From Candidatus Levybacteria bacterium RIFCSPHIGHO2_01_FULL_36_15b (GTDB lineage: Bacteria > Patescibacteriota > Microgenomatia > Levybacterales > UBA12049), in contig MFNK01000003.1 of NCBI GenBank assembly GCA_001782045.1, positions 167,905 through 202,718 of the forward strand: a DNA stretch of 34,814 nt, read 5' to 3'. Below the pieces are notes generated by a model. It ran no database searches and was not told the DNA's origin. It saw nothing but the letters and a program-made list of their open reading frames with translations. Shown here piece after piece: positions 9,348 to 16,661 of this stretch (positions are counted from its first letter, which is position 1; every line of letters begins with the position of its first letter). Both the position numbers and the translations under genes were made by a program.

Positions 9348-9969
9348 GTTAGAGTTTTTAACAGAACCTATTATACATCTCATAGAATCCGGAGGCTACT
9401 TTTCTATCTTTATACTCATGCTTTTGGAATCGGCTTTAATCCCTATACCCTCAGAAATTACAATGCCTTTTGCAGGATTTTTAGTAAGTCAGGGAAAAAT
9501 GAACTTCTGGGTTGTAGTATTCGTAGGCGCTTTGGCAAATTTAGTAGGTTCACTTATTGCTTACGGTCTTGGATACTATCTTGAAGAACATATTATTTTA
9601 AAATTAGTTAGAAAATATGGGAAGTTTTTGCTAATTACAGAACACGAATATACAAAATCCGTAAAATGGCTTAACAAATACGGCGATTTTGTTGCGTTTT
9701 TTTCAAGGGTATTGCCAGCTGTTAGGACCTTTATTTCTCTTCCGGCAGGACTTGCAGAAATGAATATCTGGAAATTTTCCTTCTATACATTTTTGGGCTC
9801 ATTAATATGGTCAACGCTTTTAACTTATGTCGGCGTAAAATTTGGCGCAGAATGGCACGTGCTGGGCCCTTATTTTAAGAAATTTGATGTTTTAATAGTA
9901 ATTTTAGCTGTTATTGTAGGAATTTGGTATATCAACCACAAATTGAAGATTGTCAAGCTCAGGCGCTAG
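9346..9969 (+). CDS. dedA: DedA family membrane protein
   Basis: LESALIPIPSEITMPFAG, GSLIAYGLG, FFSRVLPAVRTFISLPAG. Likely start MLEFLTEPII at 9346. Confidence 0.9.
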   Translation: MLEFLTEPIIHLIESGGYFSIFILMLLESALIPIPSEITMPFAGFLVSQGKMNFWVVVFVGALANLVGSLIAYGLGYYLEEHIILKLVRKYGKFLLITEHEYTKSVKWLNKYGDFVAFFSRVLPAVRTFISLPAGLAEMNIWKFSFYTFLGSLIWSTLLTYVGVKFGAEWHVLGPYFKKFDVLIVILAVIVGIWYINHKLKIVKLRR

Positions 9970-10595
9970 TCGAACCTACGGACTAAACCAACAACTTTAC
10001 CCTGAATTGTTAATTTTGTTGGATAAATTGGAGCCATTTCTGAATTTGCCGGTTTTAATACAACTCTTCCGTCTTCCTTATAAAATTTTTTAAGAGTCGC
10101 AAGATTATCATCAACCATTGCAACTACAATGTCGCCATTTATTGCTTCGTTTACTTTCTCTATAACAACAAAATCTCCGTCTAAAATACCCTCTTCAATC
10201 ATAGACTTTCCTTTAACTTGTAATACATAGGCAGTACTTTTACCTGAAAGAAGTGATGCAGATACATAAAAGGTTGCGTTTGGGTCTGTATATGGTTCTA
10301 AAGGTGCTCCTGCAGCAATAAAACCCATTAAAGGAAGCTCTATGGCAGGCTTGCTGCCAAGTAGAGAAAATTGTACTTTCTCGTCTACTATTTTTAAAAC
10401 TCTAGTATTTCCGTCAACCTTTTGGACATAACCTTTTTCCACTAAAGATCTGATAAGCGTATGGACTGTAGAATTACTTCTGTGTCCTGTTCCTTGGGCT
10501 ATTTCGGAGAGCGTTGGAGAATAACCATACTGCCGCTGAAATTGGGCAAGAAATTCTAAAACCTCTCTTTCTTTTCTATAAAGTACTCCGGGCAT
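9966..10595 (-). CDS. lexA: SOS transcriptional repressor LexA
   Basis: Winged HTH (GYSPTLSEIA...STVH..L..KGY), Ala-Gly cleavage site IAAGAP, catalytic Ser in GKSM and Lys in TLKK. Confidence 0.95.
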   Translation of the reverse strand: MPGVLYRKEREVLEFLAQFQRQYGYSPTLSEIAQGTGHRSNSTVHTLIRSLVEKGYVQKVDGNTRVLKIVDEKVQFSLLGSKPAIELPLMGFIAAGAPLEPYTDPNATFYVSASLLSGKSTAYVLQVKGKSMIEEGILDGDFVVIEKVNEAINGDIVVAMVDDNLATLKKFYKEDGRVVLKPANSEMAPIYPTKLTIQGKVVGLVRRFD

Positions 10596-10606
10596 GGTAT
10601 GTATAA

Positions 10607-10636
10607 AATATACGAAAAAAAGTAGAACTTTGTCAA
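10607..10636 (-). promoter_or_regulatory. lexA promoter
   Basis: Minus strand TTGACA(10636-31)-18 nt-TATATT(10612-07), with ATG 11 nt downstream. Confidence 0.6.
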
Positions 10637-10677
10637 GAAGTCAAATGTAATCAAACTATGCTAAAATAAAGTGCTTT

Positions 10678-12666
10678 ATGTTATTTAATTTAAAATCAAA
10701 ATTTAAGCCTACGGGAGATCAGCCTCGTGCTATTGAAAAATTAACAAAAGGACTAAAAAACAATTCTAAACACCAGGTTTTACTCGGTGTAACAGGTAGC
10801 GGTAAGACTTTTACAATGGCAAATGTTATTCAAAACACCCAAAAACCAACCCTAGTAATTTCGCATAATAAAACCCTCGCAGGACAGCTTTATCAAGAAT
10901 TTAGGGATTTTTTTCCAAACAACGCAGTTTCATATTTTGTTTCCTATTACGATTTTTATCAACCGGAGGCATATGTCCCACAAAGTGACACATATATTGA
11001 AAAAGAAGTAGAAATTAATGAAGAAATAGACAAATTAAGACTACTGGCTACTACAAATCTTTTAACTAGAAAAGATGTGATAGTCGTAGCTTCGGTTTCA
11101 TGTATTTACAATCTAGGATCCCCTGTCGAATACGGAAAATTTGTGATGGATTTAAAAAAAGGTACAAGAATAGATCAAAATGATGTTTTATTTAAGCTTT
11201 CAGACTTGCAGTACGAAAGAAACGATTACGGATTTAAACGAGGAACTTTTAGAGTACGAGGTGAAGATATAGATTTGTTTCCTGCCTACTCGGAAAATGC
11301 ACTAAGAATGGAGATAACTAACTCAATTTTAAAAAAAATGTATGAATTTAGTCCCTTAACTGGTGAAATTACTAGACAATTAGAGAAATATGTAATTTAT
11401 CCAGCGAAACATTATATGACAGACCCATCTATTTATCGGGATGTATTTCCAAGAATAAAGAAAGAGATGGAAGAAAGAGTAGGTAAATTTAAAAAAGAAG
11501 GAAAGTTAATCGAGGCACAGCGCATTGAGCAAAGAACAAATTTTGATTTAGATATGATACAGGAGTTAGGCTATGTAAACGGTATAGAAAACTATTCAAG
11601 ATACTTCGATGGAAGAAAGCCGGGAGAACCTCCTTTTACCCTTTTAGATTACATGAAAGAGTGTTCAAATGATTTTTTAACTATAATCGACGAGTCTCAT
11701 ATGACGCTTCCCCAACTTCGAGGAATGTATAACGGAGACAGGGCAAGAAAAGAAACTCTTATTGATTATGGGTTTAGACTCCCTTCCGCATTGGATAATA
11801 GACCCTTGCGTTATGAAGAATTTGCAAGAAGAATTAAAGAAGCTGTCTATGTAAGTGCAACTCCAAATGACTACGAAATTTCATTAGCAAAGGAATATGA
11901 TGCAGTTGCGGAACAGCTTATTAGACCTACAGGTTTAGTTGATCCGGTAGTAAGCGTTAGAAAAACTAAGGGACAAATTGAAGATTTAATTAAAGAGATA
12001 GAAAAGCGCGTATCCAAGAAACAACGTGTACTCGTTACGACATTAACAAAAAGAATGTCAGAAGATTTATCTACATATCTTGCCGAAAGAGACATAAAAG
12101 TTTCCTATTTACATGCGGATATAGAAACTTTGCAAAGGCAGGACGTATTAGACAGGCTAAGAGGCGGCGAATATGACGTTTTGGTAGGAATTAACTTACT
12201 AAGAGAAGGCTTGGATTTACCCGAGGTTGCTTTAGTTGCAATTTTGGATGCTGACAAAGAAGGATTTTTGCGAAGCAGAACGTCTTTAATCCAAACAATG
12301 GGAAGAGCCGCAAGAAATGTTGATAGCGAAGTTATTATGTATGCAGATACTGTTACAGGGTCTATGAATGAAGCCATTAAAGAGGTAGAAAGAAGAAGAA
12401 GTGTTCAGCTTAAATACAACAAAAAGCACCGTATTACTCCAAGATCAATTGAAAAAGTAATAAGAGCAAGGCTAGTTGAGGAAAAGATAGAAGACGAAAA
12501 ACAAGCTAATTACTTATTAACTCTACAAAAGAAAGAAATATTGCTTCCAGATGAAAAAGAAAAGTTAATTAAAAGATTGTCTTTAGAAATGAGAAATGCC
12601 GCAAAAGAGCTAGATTTTGAAACTGCAGCTATATTAAGAGATCAAATTAGATTTCTCAAAAAATAA
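10678..12666 (+). CDS. uvrB: Excinuclease ABC subunit B
   Basis: PTGDQP, GVTGSGKT, YFVSYYDFYQPEAY, DESH, GINLLREGLD, C-terminal UVR domain (LDFETAAILRD). Confidence 0.97.
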   Translation: MLFNLKSKFKPTGDQPRAIEKLTKGLKNNSKHQVLLGVTGSGKTFTMANVIQNTQKPTLVISHNKTLAGQLYQEFRDFFPNNAVSYFVSYYDFYQPEAYVPQSDTYIEKEVEINEEIDKLRLLATTNLLTRKDVIVVASVSCIYNLGSPVEYGKFVMDLKKGTRIDQNDVLFKLSDLQYERNDYGFKRGTFRVRGEDIDLFPAYSENALRMEITNSILKKMYEFSPLTGEITRQLEKYVIYPAKHYMTDPSIYRDVFPRIKKEMEERVGKFKKEGKLIEAQRIEQRTNFDLDMIQELGYVNGIENYSRYFDGRKPGEPPFTLLDYMKECSNDFLTIIDESHMTLPQLRGMYNGDRARKETLIDYGFRLPSALDNRPLRYEEFARRIKEAVYVSATPNDYEISLAKEYDAVAEQLIRPTGLVDPVVSVRKTKGQIEDLIKEIEKRVSKKQRVLVTTLTKRMSEDLSTYLAERDIKVSYLHADIETLQRQDVLDRLRGGEYDVLVGINLLREGLDLPEVALVAILDADKEGFLRSRTSLIQTMGRAARNVDSEVIMYADTVTGSMNEAIKEVERRRSVQLKYNKKHRITPRSIEKVIRARLVEEKIEDEKQANYLLTLQKKEILLPDEKEKLIKRLSLEMRNAAKELDFETAAILRDQIRFLKK

Positions 12667-12669
12667 AAT

Positions 12670-12981
12670 TTATTCAGAAGATGACCCTTCTTCATTTCTT
12701 TTGACAGTCTTTTGCTCAACGAGATCCCAAGCTTTAAGCAAAACCTCAGCGCTTATGCCTACCTCAACAAGAGAAGATATCCAGAATCCTTGGGTTTCCA
12801 TTCTGTATGCATAAATAAGATCTTCTACAGATCTTCTCACATTTTCTCGAGTAAATTGTTGGTCTGAAGAAAAAACTCGTTGATATCTTTGTCCTGCTAA
12901 GACAACTTTGGCATTATGCTCTGCTACTCGTTGTTCTAGTTCTTTTTTGTATTCCCAATCGTATTTGTGTTTTTCTGGCAT
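12670..12981 (-). CDS. Hypothetical protein (103 aa, orphan)
   Basis: Fills the gap convergent with uvrB and is preceded by a near-consensus promoter positioned 6 nt from the ATG. No family recognised. Confidence 0.7.
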   Translation of the reverse strand: MPEKHKYDWEYKKELEQRVAEHNAKVVLAGQRYQRVFSSDQQFTRENVRRSVEDLIYAYRMETQGFWISSLVEVGISAEVLLKAWDLVEQKTVKRNEEGSSSE

Positions 12982-12987
12982 GGCGGA

Positions 12988-13016
12988 ATTCTATAACCAT
13001 GGTCACGTAATGTCAA
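12988..13016 (-). promoter_or_regulatory. Sigma70 promoter for the 103-aa orphan, leaderless-type
   Basis: Minus strand TTGACA(13016-11)-17 nt-TAGAAT(12993-88)-6 nt-ATG(12981). Confidence 0.75.
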
Positions 13017-13109
13017 TTATTTTAAAATTATCCTGAAGACTTTGTCTTTTCTATTGGATTTATTTTTTTCAAACCACATATTACAAAATGTTACTTTTTC
13101 TATTATGAA

Positions 13110-13460
13110 TATATGTTTTTAACTAGTTCTATTTTGGGATCTTTTCCAGTACTTAATATAACGCTTACTGCATCTATTCGTAAAGCGTTGGGAAGCTCCG
13201 GGTGTAACTTTTTGTAAAACATTGCTGCGCTCTAAAGCTTTTATTTTAAAAGGTGTTATTGCTTCAAATGGAGTTCCAAATGCGTTAGAAGTTTTAGTTT
13301 TTATCTCTACAAAGACCAAAGTTTTTTTGTCTAGTGCGATTATATCTATCTCACCATATCCTTTGCGGAAATTGCGCTCTATTATTTTATAACCTTGTTT
13401 TTCAAGGAATTCTCCTGCAAGTTTTTCTCCAAGCCTGGCAGTAGGGTTGGGAATATACAT
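13110..13460 (-). pseudogene. yraN: YraN/UPF0102 family nuclease-like protein with a frameshift near 13226 (real or sequencing error)
   Basis: GEKLA..FL...GY.IIERNFR...GEIDIIA....LVFVEIKTK in the called frame. After ...ALER the YraN C-terminus (AMFYKKLHPELPNALRIDAVSVIL...IELVKNI) continues in another frame. The 3' end is approximate. Confidence 0.8.
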
Positions 13461-13745
13461 TTAAGATAATGCTTGTCTTAAGAAGTATAGCTTTGCTCTT
13501 CTGACTTTTTGTTTAATTTTTCCCTTAACTGTAATCTTTTCTATATTTGGTGAATTAAAAGGAAATATGCGCTCTACTGCTACATCCCCTACCATTTTTC
13601 TTACAGTAAACATTTTATTTTCGTTTCTGCCTTTTATAGAAAGAACTACGCCCTCAAAAACCTGAACTCTTGTTTTTTCTCCCTCTTTAATTCTCTGAAA
13701 TACGCGGATTATATCTCCGGTTTTAAAATTAAGTTCTCTTTGCAT
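13461..13745 (-). CDS. rplS: 50S ribosomal protein L19
   Basis: FKTGDIIRV..RIKEGEKTRVQVFEGVV, FTVRK, VERIFP, VRRAKLYFLR. Confidence 0.97.
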   Translation of the reverse strand: MQRELNFKTGDIIRVFQRIKEGEKTRVQVFEGVVLSIKGRNENKMFTVRKMVGDVAVERIFPFNSPNIEKITVKGKIKQKVRRAKLYFLRQALS

Positions 13746-13751
13746 GCTTAG

Positions 13752-13757
13752 ATTATA
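13752..13757 (-). promoter_or_regulatory. -10 element for rplS, leaderless-type
   Basis: Minus strand TATAAT followed by 6 nt and then ATG(13745). No clear -35. Confidence 0.5.
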
Positions 13758-13776
13758 TAATAACTCAGCTTACAGC

Positions 13777-15450
13777 TCAAGAACCTAAACATGAATTTAT
13801 AAATTCTAGAAAAATGGGGTGAGGCCTAAGGGGTCTGCTTTTGTATTCTGGATGCCCTTGTGTCCCAAGATAAAAAGGGTGCATCTTTTTTGGAAGTTCG
13901 ATAATTTCAACCAAATTTTCCTTTACAGATCGAGCAGATATTTTCATACCATTTTTTTCAAATTGTAAAGCATACTTATTGTTAAATTCATACCTATGCC
14001 TGTGTCTTTCTGATGTTAATCCCCTCGATTTATTAATAAAACCATTATGTTTGTCATATATTTCAAACGCTTTCGTTCCGACTTTTACTATCGCTTCCCA
14101 ACCGCCGAGCCTCATAGTTCCGCCATATTCTCTTCTTTTAACAATATCCTGCTGGGATGGTATAAAACAAATAACAGGATTTTTAGTTTTTTTACTGTTT
14201 TCTTGGGTATTTGCATCTTGCAATTTTAAAACATCGCGGGCAAATGCAATTGTTGCAAGCTGCATGCCATAGCAAAGACCAAGATATGGTATTTTATTTA
14301 TCCTTGCGTAACTTGCTGCTTTTATCATTCCTTCTGCCCCTCTTTCGCCCCATCCTATCGGAACAATAATTCCATCAACTTTTTTTAATTCCACAAATAC
14401 GTTTTCGATTCCCTCTTTTTCAATTCTTTCAGCATCAACCCAAATGCTTTTTACTTTTACACCCATTTTCCAGCTAGCATGGTCAATGGCATCAAAAAGA
14501 GCTGCATAAGAATCACGTAACTGATACTCTCCTGTTCCGAAATATTTTCCTATAATCGCAATATGTATCGTTTTGTTAAACTTTTTAGTACTTTCTACAA
14601 ACTTTTCCCAAGCTTTTAAATTTGGTTCCCGAACCTTTAATCCCAATTTCTTTAATATTCTTGAATCCATATTTTGCTTATGTAATACAAAAGGAATTTC
14701 ATACACTGAATCTAAATCCGGACTCGAAATCACATCTTCTTTGTGCATATTGCAAAACAGCGCTAATCTGTCTTTTCTTCTCTGATCCAAATATTTTTCT
14801 CCGCGAGTTACAAGAAAATCTGGCTGTATACCCATTGTATTTAGGGTTCTTACTGAAAGTTGCGTAGGCTTTGTTTTAGGCTCTCCCAAGTGTCCAGGCG
14901 TAGGAACATAGCTAACATGAATATGAATAACATCTTTAGGTCTTTTTAAGGTAAGCATTCTTGATGCTTCATAAAACAATACATTTTGATATTCACCTGC
15001 TGTTCCTCCTAGTTCTACAATAATAATATCGGGGTGGCTCTTTTTTTCTAAAACTTCCATTCTTCTTAAAATTTCATCTGTAATATTTGGAATAGCTTCT
15101 ACGTCTTCGCCGTTATACTCAAATCTTCTTTCTTTATCAATTACAGTTTTATAGATTTTACCCATTGTCACAAAATTATCAGCTCCCATATTTTCATCTA
15201 AATATTTTTCATAGGTTCCTAAATCCATATCGCCTTCGGTCCCGTCTTCGCACAAGAAAGGATCACCATGTTCTATAGGATTAATTGTACCCGCATCTAC
15301 ATTTAAATAGTTTTCAAATTTTATTGGAGAAATTTTATATCCTGAGGCTTTTAAAAGTAGAGCGATGGAAGCAGCGGTGGTACCTTTTCCAATTCCCGAT
15401 ATAACTCCACCCGAAACAAAAATATACTTTGTGCTTTTTCTACTGGGCAC
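13777..15450 (-). CDS. pyrG: CTP synthase
   Basis: KYIFVSGGVISGIGKG, YLNVDAGT, KTKPTQ, GLCYGMQ, GGTMRLG, ERHRHRYE, HPEY. GTG start. Confidence 0.97.
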   Translation of the reverse strand: MPSRKSTKYIFVSGGVISGIGKGTTAASIALLLKASGYKISPIKFENYLNVDAGTINPIEHGDPFLCEDGTEGDMDLGTYEKYLDENMGADNFVTMGKIYKTVIDKERRFEYNGEDVEAIPNITDEILRRMEVLEKKSHPDIIIVELGGTAGEYQNVLFYEASRMLTLKRPKDVIHIHVSYVPTPGHLGEPKTKPTQLSVRTLNTMGIQPDFLVTRGEKYLDQRRKDRLALFCNMHKEDVISSPDLDSVYEIPFVLHKQNMDSRILKKLGLKVREPNLKAWEKFVESTKKFNKTIHIAIIGKYFGTGEYQLRDSYAALFDAIDHASWKMGVKVKSIWVDAERIEKEGIENVFVELKKVDGIIVPIGWGERGAEGMIKAASYARINKIPYLGLCYGMQLATIAFARDVLKLQDANTQENSKKTKNPVICFIPSQQDIVKRREYGGTMRLGGWEAIVKVGTKAFEIYDKHNGFINKSRGLTSERHRHRYEFNNKYALQFEKNGMKISARSVKENLVEIIELPKKMHPFYLGTQGHPEYKSRPLRPHPIFLEFINSCLGS

Positions 15451-15455
15451 AATTT

Positions 15456-15484
15456 ACTATATCAGAAGAATAATCAGGGGTCAA
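15456..15484 (-). promoter_or_regulatory. Sigma70 promoter for pyrG, leaderless-type
   Basis: Minus strand TTGACC-17 nt-TATAGT-5 nt-GTG(15450). Confidence 0.65.
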
Positions 15485-15499
15485 GAAGAAAAAGAGAGC

Positions 15500-15796
15500 T
15501 TATAAAAGTATGTCCCTAAGAAATGGATCTGTCATATCTGGACCTCGTTTGCTCTTTGCGACTACTTTCATGCCAGTCTCAACCTGCTTTACCATGCTTA
15601 CAATGCTTTTTAGTACATCACTTGGAACAGAAACCGTAGAGCCAGGGGTATTTGGAACATAGAATTCTACCGTTACAGCTCCATCATGCAAATTTATAAG
15701 ACCAATTTGCTCATCGCCTCTTCTAATCTCTAAGGAATGAGGGTCTATTGTCGGAAAAAATTCTGTTGCTGTTGGCTGTTTTTCTATTCTACTCAT
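15500..15796 (-). CDS. Hypothetical protein (98 aa, orphan)
   Basis: Non-overlapping ORF preceded by a perfect consensus promoter 6 nt from the ATG. No family recognised. Confidence 0.75.
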   Translation of the reverse strand: MSRIEKQPTATEFFPTIDPHSLEIRRGDEQIGLINLHDGAVTVEFYVPNTPGSTVSVPSDVLKSIVSMVKQVETGMKVVAKSKRGPDMTDPFLRDILL

Positions 15797-15802
15797 TGGA
15801 GC

Positions 15803-15831
15803 ATTATAAGATAAGCGTGAAGGAATGTCAA
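15803..15831 (-). promoter_or_regulatory. Perfect consensus sigma70 promoter for the 98-aa orphan, leaderless-type
   Basis: Minus strand TTGACA(15831-26)-17 nt-TATAAT(15808-03)-6 nt-ATG(15796). Confidence 0.8.
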
Positions 15832-15846
15832 TACTATAAGATTATG

Positions 15847-15917
15847 AGCGGAGTACGAGAATCGAACTCGCTTCTCCACCTTGGGAAGGTGGCATACTGC
15901 CAGTGTACTAACCCCGC
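15847..15917 (-). tRNA. tRNA-Gly(CCC), CCA not encoded
   Basis: Acceptor GCGGGGT/ACTCCGC, anticodon arm CCACC-TTCCCAA-GGTGG, T arm GCGAG-TTCGATT-CTCGT. Confidence 0.93.
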
Positions 15918-15921
15918 AATG

Positions 15922-16474
15922 TTATCTTGGAAGATTTAATTTAGTTCCTGTATATATTAAATCAGGGTTTTGCAAAATTATTAAGCTTTGCGATTTCAGT
16001 CCATTTATACCCGTCGCCATAGGCTCTTAATGCTATGTCCCAAAGATAATCTCCTTCCGCTACAGTATAAACTGTTCCCGTAATTTTATTTCCTGCGGTA
16101 ACTAAGTCCTCTACTGTTTTCTCTTTAGGTGAAACCTGTGGAACTGTCAATTTCGTTCCCGGTTCAATAATATCCGGATTGGAAATTTTATTTGCTTTTG
16201 CTAAGTCTTGCCAATTATATCCGGAACCGTATAGGTTTTCCGATATGTGCCATAAGTCTTCTCCTTCTTTTACTACATATGTTTTATTTTCGCTCGTAGA
16301 TGTAGATCCTGTATCTAGATTTTTACTATTAATATTTTTAAAAAGTAATACTAAGAGTACAACAGCAACAAGTACCACAACTACGCCTAAAATAAGACTT
16401 GTATATGATTCTCCCCATTTAATTTGAGACAAGAAATCATTAAAAATGTTTGTATTTTTATTAGGTTTTGCCAT
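15922..16474 (-). CDS. Membrane-anchored tandem-LysM peptidoglycan-binding protein; 1-nt frameshift in the second LysM near 15970
   Basis: N-terminal TM helix; LysM1 YVVKEGEDLWHIS..LYGSG..W..LAKAN.ISNPDIIEPGTKL; LysM2 YTVAEGDYLWDIA..AYGDG. The called frame stops at 15962, but NPDLIYTGTKLNLPR* continues in the shifted frame to 15922. SD AAGGAGG at 16490-16484. Confidence 0.85.
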
Positions 16475-16523
16475 TTATTTATTCCTCCTTTCGGACAGAA
16501 AGATAACGGACAGCTGCGGCAGT

Positions 16524-16600
16524 TGGCGGGCTCGGCCGGATTCGAACCGGTGATCTCCTCCGTGACAGGGAGGCGTGATAGGCCTCTTCACTACGAGCCC
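16524..16600 (-). tRNA. tRNA-Asp(GTC), CCA encoded
   Basis: Acceptor GGGCTCG/CGAGCCC, anticodon arm CCTCC-CTGTCAC-GGAGG, T arm with TTCGAAT, ends GCCA. Confidence 0.96.
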
Positions 16601-16611
16601 TTGCTTTTGGT

Positions 16612-16655
16612 ATTTTAAACAATATTTGAACTTGAGTCAATCTGTATGGTAATAT
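16612..16655. promoter_or_regulatory. Overlapping divergent promoters for tRNA-Asp (-) and polX (+)
   Basis: Minus: TTGACT-17 nt-TAAAAT upstream of tRNA-Asp. Plus: TTGAAC(16626-31)-18 nt-TGgTAATAT(-10 at 16650-55)-6 nt-ATG(16662). Confidence 0.6.
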
Positions 16656-16661
16656 TTTGTC

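Noticed and set aside
9199-9383. Longer track starts for dedA (9199) and rsmI (9383)
   Set aside because: The extensions are antisense read-through of the opposite gene; family N-termini fit 9346 and 9347.
13036-13050. AAGAC-TTT-GTCTT hairpin as a terminator
   Set aside because: The stem is only 5 bp and AT-rich with a 3-nt loop; too weak to call.
15480-15870. Integrated element at the tRNA-Gly 3' end
   Set aside because: No duplicated tRNA 3' end (att) and no integrase seen; only a single orphan gene.
15748-16618. Plus-strand ORFs 15748-15939, 16179-16427 and 16424-16618
   Set aside because: Antisense to tRNA-Gly, lysM and tRNA-Asp; no coding features.
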